Virus record (IMG/VR): IMGVR_UViG_3300046170_000428 | From: an uncultured virus (IMG/VR IMGVR_UViG_3300046170_000428) | Lineage: Duplodnaviria > Heunggongvirae > Uroviricota > Caudoviricetes | Length of the DNA: 64,000 nucleotides | Strand: one strand, 5' to 3' | Part shown: in pieces, positions 17,250 through 28,295 of the stretch | Position numbering within the stretch: position 1 is the stretch's first letter | Layout: each line of letters begins with the position of its first letter | The notes under the pieces: model-generated | Databases searched by the model: none | What the model was told of the DNA's origin: nothing | The model's input: only the letters and a program-made list of their open reading frames with translations | Program-made: the position numbers and the translations under genes

Positions 17250-19087
17250 TGACCATTATTAGATCATCAGATCTTGATTTTGATACAATCAAGGCAAATT
17301 TAAAAACTTATCTTCAGGCTAAATCAGAATTTGCTGATTATGATTTTGAAGCATCAGGATTAAATAATATTTTAGATGTATTAGCATATAATACGCATAT
17401 TAATGGACTTATAGCAAACTTTGCGATTAATGAATCATTTTTAAATTCAGCTCAGCTCAGATCATCAGTTGTATCTCATGCTGAAACTGTAGGTTATTAT
17501 CCAGCATCAAAAACTGGAGCAACTGCTACAATAGGATTAACAGTTACAACTTCAGATACTGTTACTTCTACTTCAACTATTTCTGCTTTTACTACATTTA
17601 CTGGAACGCTTGGTGATACAACATATACTTTTCAAACATTAGAAGCGCATACTGCTACAAATGACGGAACAGGTATATTTGAATATAAAACAGATGATGG
17701 ATTAACTGCTGTTAAAATTACAGAAGGAACTCAAAAAACTAAAACATTTTTAGTAGGTGAAACTACTGATAATCAAGTTTATGTTATTCCAGACGCAAAT
17801 TTAGATAAAACTACTTTAAAGGTTGATGTATTTGATACTACTACATCAAGCACTTTTAATACCTATAATGACATTGAAAGTGTTGTAAGAATTGATGCAA
17901 CTTCAAAAGTTTATATTATTCGGGAAACTCCTAATGGTAACTTTGAGATTATATTTGGAGAAGGTAATGTCCTAGGACAGTCTCCGACTGCAGGTAACAA
18001 AATTGTCATAACATATCTTGCAACAAATGGTGCAGATGCTAATTCAATATCTTCATTTACAGCTGATTCTACTATTACAATTGGCGGTACCGGCTATACA
18101 CCAACGGTTACAACTACAATTAATTCTGCCGGAGGTTCAGAAAAAGAATCTATTGAATCAATTAAAGCTAATGCTCCACTCTCATTCGCATCACAGCAAA
18201 GATTAGTTACTGCGGAAGATTATCAGGCCATTATTTCTCAAAGATTTACTCAACTATTAGATGATGTTGTATCATGGGGTGGTGAAGAAAATATTCCAGC
18301 AACTTTTGGTGATGTATATGTATCTCTTAAATTTAAAGATAATATTTCTTCGGCAGTACAAACAGCTACTAAAAATACAATTCAAAATGTAATTGCTCCT
18401 AACTTAGGAGTAATGTCAATTGATGTAGAATTTGTAGATCCTATTGATACATTTATAGAATTAGCTATTACTTTTGATTTTGATCCAGACCTTACAAATT
18501 TAACACTTGATGCCATTCAATCAAATATTAAAACAGAGGCTGCAATATTTTTTACAGCAAATCTAGGAAATTTTAATAGTGTATTTAGAAAATCAGCAAT
18601 ACTTACAACAATTGATGCAATATCACCGGCTATTTTAAATTCTGATACAGTTGTTAAAGTTCAACAAAGTTTTACTCCAACATTAAATACTGTCGCAGAT
18701 TATGAAATAGCTTTTCCAGTAGCATTAGCAGTACCGGATGATGTAAATAGAATATTACAGTCTACTCCTTTTACAATAAATGGAAGTACATGTGTTATAA
18801 GAAATAAATTATCTTCTACTACTCTTGAAATATTCGATGCTACTAATGGTACTGTTATTTTTGACAATATAGGTAATTACAATCAAACTACTGGTAAAGT
18901 TAGTATTTCTGGATTTGGAGGAACCGTAACAGGATTTAGTGGATCAGCAATAAAAATATCAGTTACTCCGGCAAATCAAAATACAATTAAGCCTTTAAGG
19001 AATTATATTATAAAATTAGATACCGGTAAAACATCAGCTGCTGGCACAATTGATTTTCAGAATACAGCTACAACTTTAACGATATAA
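17249..19087 (+). CDS. gp6: baseplate wedge subunit gp6
   Basis: LDFD.IK.NLK.YL....EF.DYDFE.SGL..ILDVLAYNTH, ESIESIK..AP..F..Q.R.VTAEDY, WGGE. Confidence 0.95.
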   Translation: MTIIRSSDLDFDTIKANLKTYLQAKSEFADYDFEASGLNNILDVLAYNTHINGLIANFAINESFLNSAQLRSSVVSHAETVGYYPASKTGATATIGLTVTTSDTVTSTSTISAFTTFTGTLGDTTYTFQTLEAHTATNDGTGIFEYKTDDGLTAVKITEGTQKTKTFLVGETTDNQVYVIPDANLDKTTLKVDVFDTTTSSTFNTYNDIESVVRIDATSKVYIIRETPNGNFEIIFGEGNVLGQSPTAGNKIVITYLATNGADANSISSFTADSTITIGGTGYTPTVTTTINSAGGSEKESIESIKANAPLSFASQQRLVTAEDYQAIISQRFTQLLDDVVSWGGEENIPATFGDVYVSLKFKDNISSAVQTATKNTIQNVIAPNLGVMSIDVEFVDPIDTFIELAITFDFDPDLTNLTLDAIQSNIKTEAAIFFTANLGNFNSVFRKSAILTTIDAISPAILNSDTVVKVQQSFTPTLNTVADYEIAFPVALAVPDDVNRILQSTPFTINGSTCVIRNKLSSTTLEIFDATNGTVIFDNIGNYNQTTGKVSISGFGGTVTGFSGSAIKISVTPANQNTIKPLRNYIIKLDTGKTSAAGTIDFQNTATTLTI

Positions 19088-19088
19088 A

Positions 19089-20054
19089 ATGGCAATTACA
19101 TCTGTAGATAAAAATCGTAGAGAACCTGTTCTTAAAAGATCAGAAGTGTCGACTGTCTTACCTGAATGGTTTGAACAGTCTAATCCTAAGCTTATTCAAT
19201 TTTTAGAAGCTTATGAAGAATTTCTTGATAGTGATGCCGGTAAATTTAATTTCCATCAAAAAATTCAAGATGTATTTGCTGCGAGAGATATTCCAGATAC
19301 AGATGAAGATTTCTTAGATCAGATTATTGGAGAGATTGGTAACGGATTAACTCAAGCTTCTTTTTTTGATAAGCCTAGACTTATGGCAAGGTTACTTGGT
19401 AACTTTTATCAACAAAAGGGAACTAAACCTGCAGCTGAAGGTTTTTTTCGTGGTTTTTTTGGTGAAGAGATTGAAGTAATATATCCAAAAAAAGATATAT
19501 TTATTGTAGGCCAAGATGAAATTGGATTTGATTCACAGAAATTTATTCAAGATGCAAGACGTTTTCAGATTTTTTCTATATTAATTAAGTCCGGTCTTTC
19601 AGTTTCAGATTATGAAGAGCTATATAAAAGATTTGTACATCCTGCAGGTTTTCATCTTGCCGGTGATGTTTTAGTACAAACTGAAACTAGCATAGGAACA
19701 GTTATAACTTTACATGATCCGCTTGAAGTAGAAGAAACAGATCCACTTTTTGTAGGTACTGCGTCTTTTGAAACTAATACATTATTCGGAGAACACACGG
19801 CATTACAAGATTCATCAGATGGTACAACATTTAGAATTGATCTTCGTCAACAAGAACTACTATACTATACTACTGACTCAGACCTTGATATTCAAGATTG
19901 GATTACATATTATGATGATATAAAAACATTGCTTAATCCTAATTCATTTACACTAGATGATAGTGCTAATTCTGGAAGACCAGATATGGCAATGTCTATA
20001 GAAACTTTAGATAATGACTTTTTTACTCGAATTTCTTCAGATTCGGCGATATAA
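19089..20054 (+). CDS. gp7: baseplate wedge initiator gp7-like (short)
   Basis: LP.WF....P..IQFLEAY, FYQQKGT, YK.FVHPAGF; follows gp6. Confidence 0.7.
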   Translation: MAITSVDKNRREPVLKRSEVSTVLPEWFEQSNPKLIQFLEAYEEFLDSDAGKFNFHQKIQDVFAARDIPDTDEDFLDQIIGEIGNGLTQASFFDKPRLMARLLGNFYQQKGTKPAAEGFFRGFFGEEIEVIYPKKDIFIVGQDEIGFDSQKFIQDARRFQIFSILIKSGLSVSDYEELYKRFVHPAGFHLAGDVLVQTETSIGTVITLHDPLEVEETDPLFVGTASFETNTLFGEHTALQDSSDGTTFRIDLRQQELLYYTTDSDLDIQDWITYYDDIKTLLNPNSFTLDDSANSGRPDMAMSIETLDNDFFTRISSDSAI

Positions 20055-20057
20055 ATA
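20050..20057 (+). promoter_or_regulatory. T4-type late promoter TATAAATA
   Basis: Exact motif overlapping the gp7 stop. Confidence 0.7.
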
Positions 20058-20076
20058 ACCTAAACAGGATAAAAAC

Positions 20077-20898
20077 ATGGCACGAAAAAATTTAGGTATT
20101 GGATCATCAGCAAACGATGGAACTGGAGATACGCTCCGTACTGCTGGTGGGAAAATTAATGATAACTTTATTGAAATCTATCGCTTTTTAGGTGGTGGAG
20201 ATAGTGATAATTTATCTTCACAAATTTCACTTGAAGATAGCGCTGTAGTATTTGAAGGTGCCACTCCAGATGATTTTGAAACAAGACTTACCGCAGTTAA
20301 TGCAACAGCCGATAGACAAATTCAATTACCAGACGCAGATGGTATTGTTACACTTAATGATGTAACGCAAACACTAACTGCTAAAACATTATCTGCTCCA
20401 ACTATTAACTCTCCAAAAATGAGTTTAATTGTTGACTCAAGTGGTAATGAATTAATTACATTTACAAAGGCAGCTTCTGCAATTAATAATATTGCGATCG
20501 GAAATACTGCTTCAGGTAATAGTCCAACTATTGATGCTGTTGGAGGTGGAACAAATTTAAATTTAGAACTTGCTGGTAAAGGTACAGGTTCTGTAGATAT
20601 TCAATCTAAGTTTTCTTTAAAGGCTGTTACGATAACAGCTGATGGTGCGGCATCAACTGCGGCATCATATATTATATGTAATAAAGCTTCAGGCCTGGCT
20701 GTCAGCCTTGCAGATGGTACGGTTGTTGGAGAACAAAAAATATTTTCAAATAAAGGTGCCGGTGTTGCAACAATAACACCCGCTAATTTTGCAGCTGGCA
20801 CAAGTTTCGCAATTGCCCAAAATGAGGCAGCGACATGTATTTGGGATGGAACAAACTGGTTCCTTTGTGGTAACCAATCAGTAACGACGGTGGCATAA
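20077..20898 (+). CDS. baseplate/tail-fibre connector with gp9/gp10-type N-terminus
   Basis: GIGSSANDGTGDTLRTAGGKINDNFIEIY. Confidence 0.75.
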   Translation: MARKNLGIGSSANDGTGDTLRTAGGKINDNFIEIYRFLGGGDSDNLSSQISLEDSAVVFEGATPDDFETRLTAVNATADRQIQLPDADGIVTLNDVTQTLTAKTLSAPTINSPKMSLIVDSSGNELITFTKAASAINNIAIGNTASGNSPTIDAVGGGTNLNLELAGKGTGSVDIQSKFSLKAVTITADGAASTAASYIICNKASGLAVSLADGTVVGEQKIFSNKGAGVATITPANFAAGTSFAIAQNEAATCIWDGTNWFLCGNQSVTTVA

Positions 20899-20899
20899 T

Positions 20900-22268
20900 A
20901 TGACAGCAATTGTAACAGATCCATTTAAAAGAAAACTAGCAAGTGATCTATTAACAGAAGTACAAAGTACTACTGACTCTAATGAGTTTTATATTGGTAT
21001 TGGTAAAACTGATACCTATGACTCATCGGATACTACTATCACTCCGATTCGACATACTTTTGAAGAAAGAGTTGGTAGAGGTAATCTTGAATCAATTAAA
21101 AAGGTTACAGCTTCTTCACAAGTTGTAACAAGAAATAATTGGTCATCAGGAACAATTTATTCTGCTTGGAATGATAAACAACAAGGATATCCTACAAATC
21201 CATATTATGTTTTAACTGAAGATAATGAAGTTTATATTTGTTTACATCAAAGCAAAAGTTCAACTGGATCCGCAAACGCATCTACAGTTAAACCATCATT
21301 TAGTGATGCAGGGGTAAATCAAGTTCAAGCATTTGAAACATCAGATGGTTATCGTTGGAAACTTTTATATGCTATATCTGCTGGTGATGCATCTAGTTTT
21401 TTAACTGCTGCTTTTCATCCAGTACAAGTTGTAACAGTAGATTCTGGATCTGCTACTATTACTCAACTTCAACAATTGAATATTCAAAATACTGTAACTC
21501 CTGGTCAAATTATAGGTGTTCAGGTCGTTGACGGTGGCAGTGGTTATTCATCAGCTCCGGCATTAACCTTTCGTGGAAATGGTACGGGTGCTGCGGCAAC
21601 GGCAACAATTAGCGGTGGTGCAATTGTTAAAGTTGAAATGGATAATGAATCAGGCGGATTAGGTTCAGGATATGATTATGCTTCATTAAGTTTTACAGGT
21701 AATGCAACGTTAAGACCAATTATTGGTCCAAGAGATGGTATTGGTAAAAACGCGACTGCTGATTTAAAATCATCTAGTGTGATGTTTAATATTAAACCTG
21801 AAGGATCAGAAACAGGTACATTTAATATTACAAATGATTTTAGGACAAATATCATTATTTAAAAATTTAGATCTTACAGACTCTGCTTCTCCTGGTGGAA
21901 GATTTAGCGGAGTGAGTGCAAAAGTTAATAGAAATATGACACTAACTCAAGATATCACCACTACAGGATTTGCAGTTGATGAAATAATTACAGGTGGAAC
22001 TTCAGGGGTAACAGCTATTATCGATGAGGTTGATTCTGGTGGCGGTAAGATTATTCGCTTTCATCAAAACGAAAAAACACAAAATGGAAACTTTACAGAC
22101 GGTGAAGCACTTACCGGAAGTTTAGGTGCATCAGGTACAGTAGATAGCGGAAACCTTTTTGGATCTATAGATATTTACTCTGGAGATCTATTATACATAG
22201 AGAATAGAGCAAGAATTGTTCGATCTGCAAGTCAGACCGAAGACATAAAAATAATTTTGACGGTGTAA
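20900..22268 (+). CDS. gp8: baseplate wedge subunit gp8, broken by a +1 frameshift near 21843 (ORFs 20900..21862 and 21834..22268)
   Basis: RNNWSSGT.Y, YYV....VYICL, DGYRWKLLY in the first part; SGDLLYIENR....R...QTEDIKIIL in the second. Removing one G restores NDFRQISLFKN. Confidence 0.85.
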
Positions 22269-22272
22269 AAAA

Positions 22273-25200
22273 ATGGCAACAGCATTTACCACTACTACAT
22301 TTGAAACTACGTATAAAGACGATTTTAAAGATTCTGATAATTATCATAGAATTCTTTTTAATAGCGGAAAGGCTCTGCAAGCACGTGAGCTTACGCAGAT
22401 GCAAACTATTATTCAAGAAGAAATAAGTCGATTTGGTTCAAATATTTTTAAAGAGGGTGGTAAAGTTAATGGTGGTAACCTTACTCTTAATCCTAGAGAG
22501 TTTATTAAATTAACAGCAGGTGCTTTACCTGATGACGCGAGTACTGTTGTTGGTGAAGAATTTATAGATGACGATGGAATTAAAATCAAAATATTAAAAG
22601 CAGTTGAAGAAGTTGATTCAGATCCGGATACAATTTATGTAGAATATATTGATAGATTAAGTGGAACATCAGGTACATCAGTTATTCGTTGTGCTAACGG
22701 TAATACACTTACACATCTTGGAGCTACACTTGATCCATTAACAATTGCCTCGACAGATGCTACAGGCGAAGGTTTAGAAGCTTCAATTTCAGCCGGTTCT
22801 TTTTATATTCAAGGTAGATTTGTATTTGCCAAAGCACAGTCTATATTTGTTAGTAAGTATTCTAAAACCCCTACAAAAGATCTTGGATTCAAACTTGAAC
22901 AAGATATCGTAACAATTGCTGATGATACAGCTTTATTCGATAATCAAGGCGCAGTTCCAAATGAAGCATCTCCTGGTGCTGATCGTTGGAGAATTAAACT
23001 AACACTTACTACTCGTGATCAACTTGCAGCTGATGAAAATTTTGTATATATTACAGATATTATTAATGGTAAAATAGGACAAGAAGTAACTCAAGATAAT
23101 TCTTATAATGTTATTTTAGATACTTTAGCTAGACGTACAAAAGAAGAATCAGGTAACTATATTGTTCAACCCTATACTGCTAAATTTGATGCTCTTAATG
23201 ATTCAAATCTTTCGCTTAATGTTACTGGCGGTATTGCTTATGTTGAAGGATATAGAATTGCAACTAATGCTGCGGATATTACCGTACCAAAAGCACAAAC
23301 TACTTTAGAAAGAGCTGGCGATACTGTTATTCCAGTTTATGGTAATTATATTTTATTTGATTCAAACTATAATTTACCAGAACTTCATTCCAGAGCAATA
23401 CTTACAGACGCTGCCGCTGCCGGTGGAAATAAACTTGGTACAGCTAGAATTCGCCATTATGAAGAAGATGGTGCAGATCATAGAGCATATCTTTATGATA
23501 TAAAAATGGATGCTGGTAAAAACTTTTCTAGTACCGCTTCAATTGGTGCCAATAATCAAGATTATATTAATGTTAAACAAGAATCTAGTAGAGCTGTTTT
23601 AAAAGATACAATAAGAAATAATTTACTCTTTCCATTACCTAATACAAGGCCTTCTACAATTGCATATACTGCATCAAATGATATTACTCTACAAAAAAAA
23701 TATACAGTAACAACAAATGCTTCTGGAGTATTAGCTTCAAACCAAGTAATTAGCGGTGGTAATACATTTACTAGTAGTTCATCATGGGTTGTTACTAGAA
23801 CTGATGGTGTTATCGATACCCTCACATTTGATATTACACTCGGTACACCAACTGGTTCAGAATTTAATATTACTGGTGGTGCAGATAATAACCAAACATA
23901 TGACATTTATGCTTTACAAACTCATAAAGGACCAACAAATTTTTCAGCTAAAAGTAAATCGTTAGCAACAGGAGTACCTCTTACTGTTAATATGCAAACA
24001 GACCTTGATTCTGATGGAAATGGTGCTAAATTCCTTTCATTAAGAAAAGCTGATATTTACAAAGTAGAAGAAATTGCGTTAAACTCTGCTGGTGGTACAG
24101 ATATTTCAAATTTCTTTGAAATTGATAATGGTCAAAGAGATAACTTTTATGATATCGGTAGATTAAAAGTTAAGTCAGGGGTTTCGCTTCCACAAGGAAA
24201 TGCGTTTATTCGATTTAGACATTTCACTCATTCAACTTCTGGTAGTCATTTTGATGTTACATCATATCCAACTGGTGATAGTGTGGGTTATGCTGGAATT
24301 CCAGATTATAGAAGAAATGATGGAGTAACAATCAATTTAAGGAATGTTCTTGATTTTAGACCTATTGCCGGAGTACTTGCTGATTCTGCCGGAGTTGCAC
24401 AACACACATTTGATTCAGCTGGTGGTGGTAGTCAAATTGTTCCATTACTTCCAGTTAGTGGTAATTCATTTGATGTTAATCCGACTTATTATCTTCCACG
24501 GCTTGATAGGCTCATACTTGCTACAGCTGATGATGAAAAAAGACCATTACCTAGAGGCGAATTAAAATATATTGAAGGTGTTCCTGATTTTATACCGGCA
24601 TTACCTAATATTCCAACTGGATCATTATTACTTCAAAACTTTAAATTAAATGGATTTACTCTTAATGAATCTGATTTAAGTTCAAAAGTATTTGAAGCAA
24701 AAAGATTTACAATGGCAGATATTCAACGCCTTGAAGATCGTATTGATAATTTACAAAATTTAACTGTATTAAGTCTTTTAGAAAATTCAACTGAAGCACT
24801 TACAGTCCTTGATTCTGCAGGTCTTGCAAGAACAAAGGCTGGATTTATTGCAGATACATTTAGAGACTATACATTTTCAGATGTTTCAAGAGAAGAATAT
24901 AGGGCATCCGTTGAAAATAGAAATGGTTTATTAGTGCCTTTAGTTGTCATGAACGATTTTAGATTACTTTATGATTCTGCTAATTCAACATCAGTACGTG
25001 GTAAGACAAAAGGTTTAGCACAAACTGGAGACATGATAACTCTCCCAATTGATTCTAGTCATGTGTTAATAGATCAGTCTCTTGCAACTGAAACTGAAAA
25101 TGTTAATCCATTTTCAGTTATTACTGGTAGAGGTCTTTTAGAATTATCTCCAGCATCTGATACTTGGGTTGAAAGACGTAGAGCTCCAGAAGTAATTGTT

Positions 25201-25371
25201 GATGGTGGTACAATTGTTAATACAAGAAGAGTGGAAATTGCATTTGGAACTAGAAACTCAAGTAATCTTGGTAGTACGCAAGATGGTGCACCAGATGAAG
25301 ATGATGATACTGATGATACTAGTAATGGCGTATCGGCTGAAACAGCTGGACCAGGACAAGAGTCCGTATAG
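22273..25371 (+). CDS. large virion structural protein, VrlC/DUF4815-like N-terminal part
   Basis: Y.DDF....NYHRILF..G.ALQARELTQMQTI.Q, PGADR, LARRT.EESGNY, KRFTMADI..LE.RI.NL, ENVNPF.V. Confidence 0.85.
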   Translation: MATAFTTTTFETTYKDDFKDSDNYHRILFNSGKALQARELTQMQTIIQEEISRFGSNIFKEGGKVNGGNLTLNPREFIKLTAGALPDDASTVVGEEFIDDDGIKIKILKAVEEVDSDPDTIYVEYIDRLSGTSGTSVIRCANGNTLTHLGATLDPLTIASTDATGEGLEASISAGSFYIQGRFVFAKAQSIFVSKYSKTPTKDLGFKLEQDIVTIADDTALFDNQGAVPNEASPGADRWRIKLTLTTRDQLAADENFVYITDIINGKIGQEVTQDNSYNVILDTLARRTKEESGNYIVQPYTAKFDALNDSNLSLNVTGGIAYVEGYRIATNAADITVPKAQTTLERAGDTVIPVYGNYILFDSNYNLPELHSRAILTDAAAAGGNKLGTARIRHYEEDGADHRAYLYDIKMDAGKNFSSTASIGANNQDYINVKQESSRAVLKDTIRNNLLFPLPNTRPSTIAYTASNDITLQKKYTVTTNASGVLASNQVISGGNTFTSSSSWVVTRTDGVIDTLTFDITLGTPTGSEFNITGGADNNQTYDIYALQTHKGPTNFSAKSKSLATGVPLTVNMQTDLDSDGNGAKFLSLRKADIYKVEEIALNSAGGTDISNFFEIDNGQRDNFYDIGRLKVKSGVSLPQGNAFIRFRHFTHSTSGSHFDVTSYPTGDSVGYAGIPDYRRNDGVTINLRNVLDFRPIAGVLADSAGVAQHTFDSAGGGSQIVPLLPVSGNSFDVNPTYYLPRLDRLILATADDEKRPLPRGELKYIEGVPDFIPALPNIPTGSLLLQNFKLNGFTLNESDLSSKVFEAKRFTMADIQRLEDRIDNLQNLTVLSLLENSTEALTVLDSAGLARTKAGFIADTFRDYTFSDVSREEYRASVENRNGLLVPLVVMNDFRLLYDSANSTSVRGKTKGLAQTGDMITLPIDSSHVLIDQSLATETENVNPFSVITGRGLLELSPASDTWVERRRAPEVIVDGGTIVNTRRVEIAFGTRNSSNLGSTQDGAPDEDDDTDDTSNGVSAETAGPGQESV

Positions 25372-25387
25372 TAAAGGAATTTAATAG

Positions 25388-27506
25388 ATGACACATAGCC
25401 CAGGACATGATATAGTAACTACGAGAAGACAGGTAGTTGGTACGCGAGTTATCGATGTGCAATTAATTCCATTTATGCGTTCTAGAAAAGTATTCTTTAG
25501 AGCTAGAGGATTAAGGCCGAGAACAAGATATTTCCCATATTTTGGAAGAACTGCTATCGATGATTTTACAAGAAGTGAAACATCTTTCGAAAGATTTGCT
25601 ACAAGAACTGACGATAATACAAATTTATTTTTTAATGATACTGCGCACCCAGATGGATCTTCAAACTTAACATCAGATTCAGCTGGTGAAGTAATTGGTT
25701 CATTTATTGTTCCAAATACTGCTACGACGAAATTTAGAGCTGGTGCACAAGAATTTAAATTATTAGATATTTCAGGTGGTGTTGATGCTAATGCTATTAG
25801 TTTAGCGCGAACAAATTATAATGCTCAAGGTGTAATTGAAACTGTTCAAGATACTGTACGTGTTACAAGAATTATTGATAGAACAATATTTGTTGAACCA
25901 GAACGAAGTGATGGTCCTGATGGTGCCATCTGAACCATTAGCACAATCTTTCTTTATTAATCCTATTGATCATTCTAATGGTATTTTTATAACTAAAGTT
26001 AGACTTTATTTTTCATCTAAATCTTCAACAGTTCCTGTACAAGTTCAAATTAGACCTGTGGAAAATGGTATTCCAACATCATTTCCTATTCCTGGAGCAA
26101 TAACCTTTAAAGCTGCCTCTGAAGTCACTATTCCGAGCGATTTAACTGATTTAGATAATATTCGATCAAACGGTACAGACTTTGAATTTGAAGAACCAGT
26201 ATATTTAACTCCAGGTAGAGAATATGCAATAATAATTTTAGCAGAAAGTATTGATTACAATATTTTTGTTGCTAAGATTTATGACTTTTTAATTGGTACT
26301 ACTGCAAAACGAGTAAATAAACAGCCGACACTTGGTTCTCTATTTTTGTCTCAAAATGCATTTACATGGACTCCAGATCAAGACAGAGATCTTATGTTCC
26401 AAATTTACCGTGCAGATTTTGCAACATCAGGAATTGCTAAATTTACAAACGCTACTGATATTAGAGAAAAATTACCATTTCCATCAATATTAACAGATTC
26501 TGGTGGAACTGAATGTCACGTATTTATGGATGGTCATGGATTTGCAAAAAATGATAAAGTATTTGTTCAAGGCGTGACTGATGCATCTGTAACTGGAGCA
26601 TTTAGTTTTGCGAGTTCAATTAACGGCTCAAGAACTATTACAAAGGTCGATCATACAGGATTTACGTTTGCTGCAGATTCAAGTGCGGCAAGGTCTTTAT
26701 TAGTAGGTGGAAATGATACAGTTGTGACCCGTAATTATATGTATGATGAATTTTTTCCAAATATTGCAGCATTGCAACCTTCAGGTGGAACAACTATTGC
26801 TGCAAGTGCTAAATTAGTAAATGGTTCTTCATATGCCGGAAACAGAAATACTAATCCTACTTATACTAAAGATGCATCATATAGTAGCATTACTTTAAAT
26901 GAAAGAAATTTCTTAACTTCACCTAATGTTGTTTTAAATGATTCGAATGCAGTTGTACATAGTGTTTCAGGAGCTTCATTTGATTTACAGCTCAATTTAG
27001 CAACTGATGATACTAAAGTTTCGCCAGTTATTGATTTACAACGTGCAGCTGTATTAGCTACAGAAAATATTATTGATAAACAAGATGCATCTGTAACTAC
27101 AAATTTTAACGTTCCAATTACATTTGTTGATGAAACCGATAGATCACAAGGGTCGCATGGCGCTAAACATGTTACAGTACCAGTAATTTTAGAAGAACAG
27201 GCTGTCGGACTGAATATATTATTTTCTGCTAATCGACCATCTGCAGCAGGATTTAGAGTATATTATAAAATAGGAACAACTGATGATGATCTAGATGATC
27301 TACCATATGTTGAAATTGCAGAGGAAACGAATAATCCAGCCGATGAATTTAGAGGCCCATACAGAGAATATCAATATCTTCCTGGTGGTCAAGTCGGTAA
27401 TTTAGATGCATTTACTAAATTTCAAGTTAAAATTGTTATGACATCAACAAACTCATCTAGATTTCCAATTATTAAAGATTTAAGGGTAATTGCACTGGTT
27501 ACATAA
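25388..27506 (+). CDS. VrlC-like C-terminal part (ORFs 25388..25933 and 25920..27506, probable +1 break near 25926)
   Basis: IPFMRSR, GLRPRTR, EPLAQSFF, GSLFLSQN..TW...Q..DLMF, F..FQVKIVM.S......P.IKDLRVIAL; own SD AAGGA. Confidence 0.75.
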
Positions 27507-27727
27507 TGAATAAATATAGTAAAGTTGACGGACATAATGGATTAGTAAGAGCTCCTAATGGAGCCGTACTAAATGTAGATAAGCAAGCGATATCGCAAGC
27601 TAGAAACAGAAAAAAGATTTGGAAAGAACAACAAGAGGAACTTGCACAACTTCGTGATGATGTTGCTATAATGAAACAAATGATGCAACAATTATTAGAG
27701 GATAAAAATGGCTCAAACAGTAATTAA
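27506..27727 (+). CDS. small coiled-coil protein following the VrlC-like gene
   Basis: KVDGH.GLVR...GAVLN.D, C-terminal heptads. Confidence 0.7.
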   Translation: MNKYSKVDGHNGLVRAPNGAVLNVDKQAISQARNRKKIWKEQQEELAQLRDDVAIMKQMMQQLLEDKNGSNSN

Positions 27728-28292
27728 TCTATCTGATCCTATTAATACTTGGGTAACTAAGTCAAATGAAATGGGAGCAGATATCGGAGATTTGGCAACG
27801 CTGACTGATTCAGCCGCAACCCTCGTACACGCAATAAATGCACTTGACTCAGATATTGGTAATAGAACATCACTAAATACAAGTGTAACAACTAGTTTAG
27901 TTGCCGCTATTAATTCAATTCAATCCGACTTTTTAGAACAAACAGACTCTGCAGAAGTTAAAAACTTCTTTACAAGTAGTACAACAATTAGTTTTGATAG
28001 TGGTACTCCTGTAGGAGCACGTGGACAGTTTTCATTAGTTGACTCTTCTGTTACTGCGGCTAAATTAGCAAGTAATATTATATCAACTGAAAAGATTATA
28101 GATAATACAATAACATTAGCAAAGATGGCAGATAACTCGGTTGGTACTGCCGAGCTTATAGACTCATCAATTACTGAAGCTAAAATACAGATAAATACGA
28201 TAACATCAGCAAGTTTTAAAAATTCTACATCTATAATAATAAAAAACACAGCTGGTACGGCATTAAAAACGATTTTTGGACCTGGAGAATAA
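27708..28292 (+). CDS. short fibre/whisker-like structural protein
   Basis: INLSD.INTWVTKSN, SLVAAINS, [DN]S.VT.AK[LM]A pentad repeats; C-terminus shared with fibre 56504..59170. Confidence 0.65.
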   Translation: MAQTVINLSDPINTWVTKSNEMGADIGDLATLTDSAATLVHAINALDSDIGNRTSLNTSVTTSLVAAINSIQSDFLEQTDSAEVKNFFTSSTTISFDSGTPVGARGQFSLVDSSVTAAKLASNIISTEKIIDNTITLAKMADNSVGTAELIDSSITEAKIQINTITSASFKNSTSIIIKNTAGTALKTIFGPGE

Positions 28293-28295
28293 ATT

